A stretch of DNA of 64,000 nt. Source: Amoebophrya sp. A120 (Eukaryota; Protista; Dinoflagellata). The stretch's first letter is position 1. Each line of letters begins with the position of its first letter. Below the pieces are notes generated by a model. The model was not told the DNA's origin. It was given only the letters and a program-made list of their open reading frames with translations, and ran no database searches. The stretch is taken from positions 3,379,600-3,443,599 of the forward strand of contig CAJINV010000003.1 of the NCBI GenBank assembly GCA_905178155.1, given 5' to 3'. Of the stretch, positions 27,014 through 38,401 are shown piece after piece. A program made the position numbers and the translations under genes.

Positions 27014-30000
27014 CTACACGGTCGAAGCATAGTTTGAAAATTGTACTTCGTTTTTTTCAAGAACGACCTCCCTGACCAAGCGAGAACTGTCGTTTGGAGT
27101 GGATACGACGGCCGTTGACAATTGTTCCCATATCACATTTATCAAATGCAAAAATGTCTGGGTCTGGGAACTTGTGAAGATGCTGCGTGGCGTATCATGA
27201 GGAGATCACAAGTGCTGGCTCAGCATGACAAGTTTCTGAGCTTCTAGGTGTTGCCTATTCTGCATGACAAACTGCGTTTCTGCATGACAGAAAAGTGGCG
27301 CTCTTGGGTAACGTGCATGACAGATTTGAGAGTCATGCCAGACAAGCATGACAAACATGCACTCTTCCAGACCCAGACATTTTCACATTTGATAACATTT
27401 CGATCCATTGCTCCTGGTCCTGCTTGCGCGCCGTCGAGAAGATTAGAAGCCGCACGACTGGTAGTGCTGTCGCCGCTGCTGCTCCGCCACGACGACATGT
27501 TGGTGAACATGGAGCTCGAACGGAAATGGTGGCTAATCGCCTCTGCGACGTTGGTGAGCATTGCAGTAATCCACGAAGTATCAAATGCAAATGTGTTTGG
27601 GTCTGGAAGAAAGCCAGGTTTGTCATGCATATTTTTCACGTCCCCTGATGGTGATGCCTGTAATGCATGACCTAGCATGGCAGATTTTTAGAGGGCTCCC
27701 TGATGCCTATCCCGCATGAGAAACAAATGACCTCCTAGTATAGCACTTGCTGGTCATGCAATACAGATTTTTTTCGAACTCAAAGACAGCATCACAACCT
27801 GCATCCTTCCAGACCCAGACATATTTGCAAATCATACGCACCGAAGCCAATACCGATGTTGTTCATCGACCCGTCTTATGCATCGCAAATACGTCTGGGC
27901 CTGGATCAATCCAGACTTGTCGCGCTAAAGCTGAATTATGCAAAAATCTGTGTTGCATGATTGCCAAAAGCTGTCTGCTTTTGACCAAGTCAGTGGTCGA
28001 GAGGGGGTTTCTCGTACCGGACAGGCATGACAGAGACCTCACAGAATCTGTCATGCTGGGTCCCGCATTCCAGACCTTATGGGTCATCATGGAGAACCTG
28101 CAGGACAAGTCTCGCAACCTTCCCGACCCAGACATATTTGCACTTCATACGTCTAGAGTGTCCTTGGTTTCGTCCATCTGCGACATGAGCGGTGAAACCT
28201 TTTCCGTTGCTGACTCAAGGGCGGCTGTGTAGACTTGCCTGACCGTTTGCAAGGTGCCGACGTTGTCCGGTTCTCTTCTATTTTTCTTTTTGGGCGAAGC
28301 AATGTGGATCTCGTCCCCGTAGGCTGTGGTGAAGGAGAAGGCAGCAAAAGGCTGCAGGCCGAACAGGGTACACTGGCCATTCTCCTCCACGCTGGACCAA
28401 AAAACGTCCTGCTGCATGGCCCACGGCGCCACGAGCAGGTAGAGGAGGTGCGCTATTTCCGCCCGGGCCGGTACAATTTTGGGAGAAAAATAGTCGCACC
28501 GGTTACCGGTGTACAATTGCTGACACAGCGCCAATTGCCGCTTGCGCCCGGAGTCGCCCACCACGTACTCGTTCGGTCCGCAGGCGTACTGCAGGGCAAA
28601 GTGCATGGCGGTTCCGACCCGTTCGCGCCCTTTGGTCGAGGCCTTGCCACCGCGGTTGACCGCCATGGTCTCGCCGAAATCGATTGCGGCCAGGTCCACC
28701 CGGACAAAGTCCTCGATGGGCAGTTCCCGCGTCAAGTACGTGTAGGCCCCGTGGATGGTTTTGTCCTCGGCTTTTAGGTTTTTCCGTTGATGCCAGCGCT
28801 CGTTCAATTTCGCAACGCTCACAGCCCACAGGTACTTCGCGATTTGGTCCCCGCTTGCAAAGCACGTGATGCCCTCCGCCGAAACCGAGCCCGCGGCAGC
28901 GCCGGTGCCCCCATTTTTGGGCAGGATCACTTGGTCCGGAAAAATCTTTTCTTGCAGCAACTCCAGACCCAAGGCAGGCAGGTAGTTGTTGAGATCTTCG
29001 CGCCCACTCGGATCGGTGGTTAGGTTAAGCAGGTTAAACACCTTCATGCCAGAGAAGGACTCGAAGAGGTCGCAAATAAGCGACGAAGCGGGGAGTATCC
29101 ACTGCAAATTTTATGTCTAAGTCTGGATGGGACTGGGAGCAGATATTGCTTGTCATGCGATTTTTGCGCCTTGCCAAGCAAGGAAGTAAGTTACTTGTTG
29201 CGTGATCCAGATCAGGCCCTGGGATGCAAGCAATGGCATCACAGCTTTTGAGGAGGTCAAGCTCCTCGAACGAATCGAATGGATGCCTATCGTCCTCCCA
29301 CATGATAAATATATACCTGATCTTCTTGGTATACAACACTTTTTCTTTTGCTCCTCTGCATGCATGACTAAAGATTAATTTGCAGCAAGGGAGTAGAAGA
29401 AGTCAGTGCGTGGATGTTTATCGAAAGCAAATTCGAATAAAATGCGTATCAACTACTACACAGGTTTCTGGCGTGATTCCAGACCTAGACATATTTTACT
29501 CTGCATAGGCTGACAATTCGACGGGAGGTCAAAGTGCTCAACAACCAAGTTGAGGCCAGCGTCGGTCGGCTTCGGGCAGAGCATGAGATTTTCCGGGCGC
29601 TCGTCCTGGTGGATCAGCGTCGCTTCGTTTTCCTGCCCGCGTCCGTAGAACAGGTACTGCATGGTCATCATCGCCCGCCCCGCGGGAACAAACACGCCCC
29701 GCCACACCAGCGTCGGTAGCACGTGGTCGCGAAAACTGTACAGGGACGTAGCGCCCCGGCAAGGGTGGTACCTGCAATCCACCGGCGGAGCCGCAGCAAC
29801 TGCCCGTTTGTCGCAGCACGCGGGGGTCAGCAGATGCTGCCGATTGGGGACACTGACCGTGTGCCCCAGAATCACGCGCTCCACCTTGTGCAGCGTGGGT
29901 TGCGACAGCAGAAGATCGCCGACGCTCGAATCGCTCCCGGGTCCGACGGCAAGGTCGGTGGTGGCAACCGACGTGGAGGAAAAGTCAGTGAATTTGGTGT

Positions 30001-31024
30001 GCAGCAGCTCGCGCCAAAAAGTCGATCCGTCGAACCCCGGCACCCGACGCATCACCAGTCCGGTGTAGCCCGCGAGGTAATCTCCCAAAACGGACATCTC
30101 GGTGTCCTGGAAGCACTGCATCTGCTCGTCTTCCGAAGCGCAACCGGAGTCATCGTCCAGGTCGCGCGCCGATCGTTCAGAACCTCCTCCGCGCCGATTT
30201 TTACGCAGGGATCCCGCCGTGCACTGCGCGAAGCAGTCCGGCTTTACCCGTTGTTCGCCCATGATCTTTTTGATGCTGGCGCGGCGCGGGTCCGGGAGCA
30301 CGAGCAGCTCCTCGATCTCGGGAAAGTTTACGGTATGCAACGGTGAGGCGCCGGCAACGTACCCTTTCTCGGCGGCCTTTGTCTGTTCCCGGAGCTTGCG
30401 CTGGGCCGCTTCGTACATGCCCGAGAGCTCGCGGCCCAGCAACCACAGGCGCTCACTGAAATCTTCCACGCCCCCGCCGCCGGTTTCGTGGGAGGAGACC
30501 CAGTTACGCTGCCACTTGATGAAGACGGAAGCCACGGTGGTCGTGGCGCTCCCGGTGGTCTTCGGTTCACTCACTTCCGCCACGACCGGGGCTAAGGATT
30601 CCAGGGTGTTGTGCGACTGGGTCAGCACCTTCAGCTTGCGGTAGCGCTGGCGCGGAAGCCCGAGCACCGGCACGGCGAAAGGAAACATGTTCTTCACCGA
30701 CCGGTCGCTGCCTTTCCTCAAGGAGGGAATCAGCGGCGGCAGGATTTCCTTGGTCACCGGACGAATCAAGGACATGCGAAACGGAAGCCGCTGGCTCTTG
30801 ATCAAATCAGCCTCCTTGGGCGTTGGCTCGCGCCCGTACAACCGCACATTCTCCCAGAACGACTGCGACAATCGTTTCTCAAAACGCGCCATCACAAATT
30901 CATCAGCGGCGACCTGCCCCTCTTTCGCTGATTTCTCCATGCCGCTCACCACGAACGCGAAGCCCGCCTGCGTCGTACGGATTCCTGTGTTGATCACGGT
31001 TTTCAAGGTGCTGCTTTTAATCAT
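27014..31024 (-). CDS. Divergent protein kinase with large inter-subdomain insertions, split by four introners
   Basis: Motifs in order: VFIKW (II), GRELSG (III), TLIHQDERPENLML (VIb), LAAIDFGET (VII), RVGTAMHFA (VIII). In-frame joins: NCQP-ASSLI, TLD-GSMNNIGIGFGA-WITAM, DRNV-IWEQL. Both ends uncertain. Confidence 0.75.
27140..27394. mobile_element. TIR introner, family A1 (255 bp), inverted relative to the copies at 2770 and 59190
   Basis: Ends TATCAAATGCAAAAATGTCTGGGTCTGG ... TTCCAGACCCAGACATTTTCACATTTGATA. TSD ACATT at 27135-27139 and 27395-27399. Confidence 0.93.
27579..27836. mobile_element. TIR introner, family A2 (258 bp)
   Basis: Ends TATCAAATGCAAATGTGTTTGGGTCTGGAA ... TTCCAGACCCAGACATATTTGCAAATCATA. 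Flanks CGAAG / CGCAC (3 of 5 match). Interior homologous to 54335-54600. Removal with 5 bp restores the frame. Confidence 0.88.
27877..28149. mobile_element. TIR introner, family A-like (273 bp)
   Basis: Ends TATGCATCGCAAATACGTCTGGGCCTGGA ... TCCCGACCCAGACATATTTGCACTTCATA. TSD CGTCT at 27872-27876 and 28150-28154. Removal restores the frame. Confidence 0.88.
29096..29507. mobile_element. Old, degenerate TIR introner, family A-like (412 bp)
   Basis: Ends TATCCACTGCAAATTTTATGTCTAAGTCTGGA ... TTCCAGACCTAGACATATTTTACTCTGCATA. Flanks GGGAG / GGCTG (3 of 5 match). Removal joins the two kinase ORFs in frame. Confidence 0.78.
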
Positions 31025-31296
31025 GTCAAGAAAAAAAAACAATCAAATCATGTCAATCCAAATGCAAGAATTGCACGATAGCGGTTTTGTTTTCCTGGTT
31101 CAAGAACTTGCTATATAGTATGAATGAAGTGAGTTCCGGGATGGCTCGGCAGTGAATGCGCGATGTCCACCAGAAGATACTCAGCCTAAATATTCCGTTG
31201 CGCGTACTTACATACTACTCATGTTTTTGACTATACCGCTCACTGTTTTGCAACTGCCGTGCCACTTTAGCGGCACTGCCGGCATTAAATACGTAT

Positions 31297-34012
31297 TTAC
31301 ACACAGCAAAGAAGTGCGAGGGTCTCAGCAAGACCTTTTACTCCTGAGGAAGTGACGAGGGCGAGTGTGGTTCTTTTTTGTGAAAAAGAAAAATTGTAAA
31401 CAAAAATACCCTTGTCGTTGGTTCGTGCCAAGTTGCCATGAGACGTGGTGTATCTTGTCGTTGTGGCGGTCTGCTTCACGGCGCTTAATGGTTGCAGATA
31501 GCTGCCGAGGCCCGGAGAGTAGCTTTTCGGGTAACGCATGACCAGAGTCCAGCCGTACAGGACAGCATCCGTACCGCGCCTCGCCGTCAGGTCGCCCAAC
31601 ACCCGGATGAAAGTGCACAAGTCCCCTTCCTCAACATTTACGAAGTAAGTACTTACTAAGCGCTAGCTCGCATCTTTCCTTTATAGCACTGACTGTGACA
31701 GCGTGGCAGATTTTGGAACTTCAAGAAACTGAACGACAAACATACTCACTTACAATTATCCGTGTGCCGATCATGTGTCATGCGAAAGCCACATTTCTTT
31801 TTCTGCGTTGCCGCTCATGCTCTTTAAATGAGTTAGAGTTTGGGGAAGACGAGTTGTGCGCTCTGATAACCTGCTCGGTGCCCTTCGGTCCGGACCACAT
31901 TTCGACGATTTCCGGAACTTGTGAAAGCGTCGACTCGGTTCCTTCCAGTTGTGCTTGTGCCCGGATTACGATGTCGACCATCGCCCGAAGTCCTTCGTCG
32001 TTCTCCGGCTTCTTGGTGCTAAGACCGGTGAACTTATCGCCGAGGTTCCAAAAAGATTTCAGGACGAGCCGATCACTCGGACCTTATCATCGTGTGTGTT
32101 TTCCATTTCATTTATCCATATCGAACGACCCTAAAAAAAAATAAAATGCACAAAAACAGGTCCTCGTCTTCCAAATTTTAAGTATTTCGATTCTTTTTTT
32201 GTGTCCTTAGACAGCACGCGATGGCGTGGGGCGCATCTTTCACGCAGACGGATACATAAGCTCAGCAACACCAGTCAGCGCACATACTGATTTTTCACTT
32301 GCAGTATTATCCTGTATACTGCGTTTCCGTTCTGTAAAAATCACTGACAGCATGGATATCAGTATCTAAATCTATATTGCTGTAGATCGACGTAGTTGCG
32401 GCTGGGACTGTCTGTGTGTCGTGGTTCTGTATCTGTTTCTGTTTGTATTGCGTTTTATATAAACTAGTCTATGATTTATGTCAGTACCTGAGGCCCCGCT
32501 CGCTCGGTCACTACCGGTTGCTTTTCGAGAAGACGAGAGTGGCGTCCCCGTTGGCAGGCCATTCGCATCTCGCCGGGAGTAAACTCGGGCCGCTGGCCTG
32601 CTGTTGCCGGGGATTCCAAACTTCGCCTTGTTTCGCAACTTGGTGAAGGGCTGGTCCTGAGCCATGGGCACGCGTGTATTTAGCCACTTTGGCTCACGCT
32701 GATCGAACACTTCCTCATAGTTGCTGGGATCGTCCATGAAATACTCGACATTCTGTTTCTTCTTCTTCGTCCTCCTCCCGGCGCCCGCGGCCCGGCCCGC
32801 GGATCTTTTCGCGTCTGGATCCTGTTCCGGGAAGGAGGATTCGAACACACGCAGCGCATCGCAGTAGTCTTCTGCCGCGATCTCCTGGTTCTGCGTTTCG
32901 TGCGCCAGAACGGCCAGTCGAAACCGCACTGTGGTGGTGAGGCCCCCGCGTTTCAGGACCAAATCTCGCGCCGTCGGGTTCGTGTCTGCGTCGTAATCCA
33001 AGGGGGTGGCAGTTGCCGTTGCGGTTGCCACGCCATTTTTATCAACCGGGTCGAGCTCGCGATTCATCGAAGTGAAAAGGTTCTTGAACTGTTTCAGCAT
33101 CGCGTCGAGGCGCTGCTTCGCCCCAGGAAAATGAAGGTCGGGATGGCTGGGGTGCTTATTGGTCCACCAGCGCGGATCAGACGAAATGCGGCACGTGGTC
33201 CTCCCCATTTCTGCAAGCTTGCCGCGAAACGTTTCCCCCTTGTCGGCTTTCGGGGGTTCAGCGTCTTCAGCAGTTGTTCCTCCATCAGCTACGTTCTCCA
33301 TCAGCCAGTCTTGGTGCGTTGTCAAGCGCGCCGAGATAGCCGCCGGTGAGTTCCTCTCGGCAGCAGCAGGCAGCTGATTGCCCTGTGTTTTCGCTGCGGC
33401 GGTTGTTGCAGCTCTAGATTTAGCTTTGGCTTTAGCTGTGCTCCCTGGCGCTTGCCCCCCAGCAGCCGGCTGGAGCTCCATTTTTGACAAAGGTACTAGA
33501 TCTTCTTCGTCCTCGGCTGTTACCGGCGTGTCTGCATCCTCCTCGTCTGCGGTCGCCAAGAACGCGTTGCTCGTCACACTGAATGTCGGCTCTGCAACTG
33601 CATCGCCGTCTGCCGAGACCGCGTATTCGCGGACTAGGGAGGTCGTGTCACCCTTGCTTATTTTGTGCGCCGTCGTGGTCCGTGGATGCTTGGCTCTGAC
33701 GGTTGTCAGCGTGCTTTCGTGCGTTCTTACCTCTTCGTGGTCCTCGTGCAGCTCGCTGTCAGATTTTCCTGCTTCTTGCGAAAACGAAGCAGAAGACAGG
33801 TTTCTTGTAGCGTCCACCTCATCTTCCTCCCCGCCGGATGAAGTCGTGCCCATCTGCCTTTCAAATCCTGCTTCGTCATCTTCCGCGGAAACGAAGCCCA
33901 GCAGCACCCGCCACGTGGAGAACAGAAGGAAGGCGCAGCTGCAACCGCACCGCCTGCTCCAAGTACAGACGAGCAACGTCGATGACATCGTGCCGCCAGA
34001 TTCGTATGTCAT
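31297..34012 (-). CDS. Uncharacterised multi-exon protein with an N-terminal hydrophobic, signal-peptide-like segment
   Basis: ORF 32372..34012 begins ...CAFLLFSTWRVLLGFVSA followed by an acidic EDDE stretch. Further minus-strand exon-like ORFs at 31778..~32090 and 31297..~31640. Confidence 0.6.
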
Positions 34013-35025
34013 TTTCTGATGAACCGAATCGAGTGCGCGTATCTGATCATTTCATTTTACGTACCAGTTGCGCTTGTTGGGCGTAGTTCCCAAGTCGCGA
34101 AGCGACGATCACGCACTTCAGAACTGTCCCTCAAACAAGGTTTCTAATGTTAGTGTTACGCGAACGGTTCTTCTTGCTATGAAGATAAAGAAGAATTCTT
34201 CCCGACACCTCAAACCTAGCAGAGTAGTTTTTGCAGTGAGGAAAAATGTAATGTTCACTTTCGCGAACGCGAATTTTGATATTTCATTTCCGCACTTTCA
34301 CAATACTATATTCAACCAATGCTGTTGAGAAATAAATAAACAACTACCACAACGGCGACTGACTACACGGAGCAGATCATGTTGACGAATAACTATGCCA
34401 ACGTCGACCAGCAATGCTACGACCCACAAACATCTGACCCCTGCTCCTACCTTCCGCGAAAACGAATCCACGAACTTTTGCTTTGAATTTTCGCTCCCTG
34501 GAGTTGTGTTTATGGAATGGTACAAGTACAACGAACGACCCGACAATTCCTAACGATTAGACGACAACATCAAGACTCTGCTTCAAGTTCAGCTTTTTGG
34601 AGATTTTTTCGGATGACTTACTTACTTAGACCCTTTGCGATTGCATCTAAACTTTTTTCTTTGAAATTTAATGAACACTTTTTCGCTCCGTTGTGGCACC
34701 TTCGCCCGACGGGAAAAGCGAATGCTACTCCTGCGAATCCGAATGTTGTTCTTCTTGTGTTGCTGTTTCTTGCCCAAATGAACAGCCGTCATCGAAGAGA
34801 TGAAAGGCTAAAACTGTACTGCGCCAAGCTTTTTGTGCGTTGGTACAACACATTTTTTCGGGTATCGATAGGGTCTAGCAGGCACAGCTGAAGAATCTTC
34901 TGCACTATCTACATAATCATCTTACTCTACTTGTTGAACATCAAATTGTTCTTGAGCGCCGAAAATTGAGGGATCAACCTAGAGTAAGTATCTATTCCTC
35001 TACGACAGACCTATACTTGCGGGTA

Positions 35026-37452
35026 TCATGGAGAAAGTTCCTCGGACGAGCTTTCAAAAAGCCGGCTGAAGATATCATCTTGATGACTTTTTTGCTTTGA
35101 TGTGGACGATGTCGCGGCGGCCTGCGGCACCGGTCGAACCAGGTCCTCTCGACCGATGACATTGTCGCTGCCACTGGTTTTCTGCTTCTTCAGGCCAGGT
35201 GCTGTTCCATTCGTGTCCAAAATCTCGTCCGACTGATGTCGAGAGGAGCCTGGCAGGACACCTTCAACATCTGCAGTGATTTGTCCTGGCGCGGCGCCGT
35301 CATCCTCACCTATTTGTGGAGGAGGCGAGTGAGAGTGTGTGTTCACCTTCATCGTTGAAGACGCCCCGACCGGTCCTGCAGGGGCAAAAGCTTCTTGGTA
35401 TCGCCCGACAGCAGGAACGCCAGCGTTTGCGTTTCTTCCCGATCCGGCCTTAGCACCATCCTCTATCATTTTTTTCTTCGATGCGGCGGTAGCGTAGAGG
35501 TTCTCCAGACTCAAATCTGCAGTCAAAAAGTCATCGTCCTCGTCCTTCCTCGTCGGCCCACTTGTTGCACCGGTATTGTTACTCGAAGCTGGTAGTGGTG
35601 GGTTAGTACCAGGCCCTGATTCTACTACATGTTCTTGTTGGAACATCAGAAAGGACTGGAAATCAGCATCAGCTGCGCTTGTTGCTCTTGCAATTGCAGG
35701 TTCTGCTCCACCCAACATTGATGTTCCGTGCAGTGGAGAGATGCCGCTGGTGAGGGGCTTCTGAGAGAAATACTCCACATCTTCACCATCGCACGCATCT
35801 TCGTCTTCCTCTGCGTCCCGATCCAGCAAGCCACTGCGGTCATCGCCTCCCTCCGGAGACGACGAATTATCTCCAGAAGTTCTTCCAGGGCCTGCATAAT
35901 TCCGATCGACACTGCGGTTGTTTGACCAAGTGAAAACTTGATCCTTTCTTCTTTTGGCACCGCCGCGTGCTGGTGCTGCAGCTTTCGCACCGCTTCTGCC
36001 TCTGACCATGAACTGTGCCAAGTCGCGGTCGTTACCCACTTCATCCGTGAGGTAGATTGCTTCGTCGCCTTCGCCCGCAGACAGTATTGCTCGAGTGCTA
36101 TTGGCAGAGCGGGTCGATGCTTGGGTTCGGGCTCCACGGCCTCGGCCTCCAGGAGCTCCCCGTCTGGCCATAAAAATGGACAAGTCGTCCTCTGGCTCGG
36201 CAGATGGTGCTATGAACGCGCCGCCCACCTCCTCGCGGTTTTCATGTGCCGGAGACAAGAGACCGCTTCCAAAAATACCAGACTTCCTTCTATTGCCAAC
36301 GGCCATCGGGTCGTGGTCCTGCTTCACTCGTTCTACTTGATGCGCTCCTTCCGGACCCAACACGACGTGCGTGGGTAAAAAGTCGCTCTCCATATTTTTT
36401 TCAAGCACCTGTACTTGCTCTTGGGCCTTGTCCGCGGCTACCGTCGCTTGCAGAGCTTTGAGTTCCGCGACGGGTACGGGTTCTTTCTTCTCTCTATTTC
36501 TGGCTAGCAAACCGCCAGCGATCATGCGCGATGTACTAGAGGAAGAAGATGATCCGCCACGTAGCTGTCGCTGGTGGGCTGATCCTGTTGCTGACGTCGG
36601 CATGATCATCGCTGTGGTCGTGGGACCAGGTGCACTTCCTCCACTGGCCATGGGGAGCGATCCTATTGCAGTAGTTCCTGTCTTGTTTGCCGCAGGGGCT
36701 CCTGGTATCCTCGCACCTGGTGCTGTTCCACCTTTTTCGTCGTGCATAATTCTTGAGGTAGAAGATAGTTGCTCGTCCAGAAAGTCTTTTTTCTGCAGGG
36801 CACTCGAACTGCTCGTCGGGGGAAATCGATTTTCATTTTCCGTTTGATCGCGAGATTGCTGCTCCTCTCGTGAGCGAAAGTGCGCCCGCTTTGCGTCCCG
36901 GAGAACGAGGAATTTCCGTGCTATCTGTTTTTTCTCGAGGTCAAAGAGTGATGAAGATAAAGACGAGCTTGATGAATTCTTTTTGTTTTTACTTGTTTCA
37001 CCCTCCTCCTCCACGGTGTCAGCACCTCCAGTAGCGGTTTCTTTATTTCCTCCGCCGTCCTCTTGTTGATGCGTGCGGTCGTTACTCGCTCGGAGTTGAT
37101 CGAGAGTTTTTTGCGCCTCCGCAATTTGGCGGTCTACTTGCTGCTCTTTTACGCGCAGCGCTCGGACCCCCAGTTGCGCTAAGGCAAACACGTTCTGCGT
37201 GCATTTCTCCTCCCTCTGCGTATCCGGATTCTTTTGCCATATCGCGTCCGGGCGGAAAATCAGGGTCCGCTTCAGCTGTTCGAGATAAATCTCGAACTCG
37301 AGCTTCCTGGTAGTAACGTTATTTTTTCCGGTCGTTGTCCCGGCAGCAGGAAGTTGTACAGAGGGCTGTAGTTCATTTTCCGCTTGCTGCACTTGTCCAG
37401 GAGCATCTGGCGCTCCCACTCCCGAAGGCGATTTCGATGAGGCCTGCTCCAT
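35026..37452 (-). CDS. Uncharacterised, largely disordered protein with an N-terminal coiled segment
   Basis: 827-codon ORF. Likely start MEQASSK at 37452; the upstream poly-Ile is a microsatellite. Confidence 0.7.
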   Translation of the reverse strand: MEQASSKSPSGVGAPDAPGQVQQAENELQPSVQLPAAGTTTGKNNVTTRKLEFEIYLEQLKRTLIFRPDAIWQKNPDTQREEKCTQNVFALAQLGVRALRVKEQQVDRQIAEAQKTLDQLRASNDRTHQQEDGGGNKETATGGADTVEEEGETSKNKKNSSSSSLSSSLFDLEKKQIARKFLVLRDAKRAHFRSREEQQSRDQTENENRFPPTSSSSALQKKDFLDEQLSSTSRIMHDEKGGTAPGARIPGAPAANKTGTTAIGSLPMASGGSAPGPTTTAMIMPTSATGSAHQRQLRGGSSSSSSTSRMIAGGLLARNREKKEPVPVAELKALQATVAADKAQEQVQVLEKNMESDFLPTHVVLGPEGAHQVERVKQDHDPMAVGNRRKSGIFGSGLLSPAHENREEVGGAFIAPSAEPEDDLSIFMARRGAPGGRGRGARTQASTRSANSTRAILSAGEGDEAIYLTDEVGNDRDLAQFMVRGRSGAKAAAPARGGAKRRKDQVFTWSNNRSVDRNYAGPGRTSGDNSSSPEGGDDRSGLLDRDAEEDEDACDGEDVEYFSQKPLTSGISPLHGTSMLGGAEPAIARATSAADADFQSFLMFQQEHVVESGPGTNPPLPASSNNTGATSGPTRKDEDDDFLTADLSLENLYATAASKKKMIEDGAKAGSGRNANAGVPAVGRYQEAFAPAGPVGASSTMKVNTHSHSPPPQIGEDDGAAPGQITADVEGVLPGSSRHQSDEILDTNGTAPGLKKQKTSGSDNVIGREDLVRPVPQAAATSSTSKQKSHQDDIFSRLFESSSEELSP

Positions 37453-37466
37453 CAACACACTCGTCG

Positions 37467-37467
<1 letters not shown>

Positions 37468-37497
<30 letters not shown>
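37468..37497. repeat. (GAT)10 microsatellite
   Basis: Ten perfect GAT units just upstream of the 37452 ATG. Confidence 0.95.
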
Positions 37498-38401
37498 AAA
37501 CAAAAACAAGATGAGTGCTCTTACATTGTAGGTACGTTTTCCTTAGGAATCTACTTCGGCGCGATTATGCTGATGGTTCTTGACATTACCGGAAACTAAA
37601 AAATCAATATTCACAATTTTCATTGTGAAAGAAAGACTATCTACTTGTAGTTTCTACGTCCCGTCATTCTTCGCCACTGATAGTACGGAGACAGGTCACC
37701 ACGCGAGCTACATCATCTATCTTTATCTACTTAAACATGGAATTCTCCTCAAAAATGGTGAATCACCAGAACGGAGACGGACGGATCGAGAAGATCATCC
37801 AAAAGGCACATGCAGATGAAGATCTTGAGCAAGTGAACCTCGAGCGCTCCCTGCATTCTCCTACTGCGCGAGGCTCTGCTTCGGAGTAAGCAAACAAGTG
37901 AGATCTCTTTCTTTTGTTCAAAACAGAACACTATCCTAAATATTAGTATGGACAATTCGATTGCGCGGTAGAATTGCATGTACGAATTGCGGTAGACGCA
38001 GAACTTAGTCGCCAATAGTTCCCGCCTAGATGCCGGCGGTAGTGACTTATTCGGTATACCATGCTTGATCGGAAATGGGACGACGAAACTTGTCTGGTTG
38101 TTCGGTGCCCCCTCTTCATCAGCAAAAATGATTCGAGTTCCTACGATGGTTTCATTGTGTCGAATCACACAATGGTCTGTATAAACGTTTTGATGTTCGT
38201 CCACAAAATAACTCTATGTCGCCTAAAAATATGGATGTTGCTCACATGAACTTGAACAATCCAACACTAGCTCAATAGTGAATCAACATCAAGATATGAA
38301 ACAAGAAACAGTATCATGGAGGTCACAGAAAATCCTACAGGACGTCGACGTGTACGCGGGAACAAGGAACGGCCTGAGCAATTTTTCCTCGGCATATCCA
38401 C

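Noticed and set aside
27140-28149. CRISPR-like array of ~30-bp repeats
   Set aside because: The repeats are inverted pairs bounding ~260-bp elements in a eukaryotic gene, with no cas genes.
27244-28232. Recurrent peptides IKCKNVWVWK, FQTQTFLHLI and SNVKMSGSG in many short ORFs
   Set aside because: These are translations of the family A TIR and not a protein repeat family.
37453-37509. Hydrophobic N-terminus MFLFIIIIIIIIII as a signal peptide
   Set aside because: It comes from the (GAT)10 microsatellite after a non-ATG start; the first ATG is at 37452.
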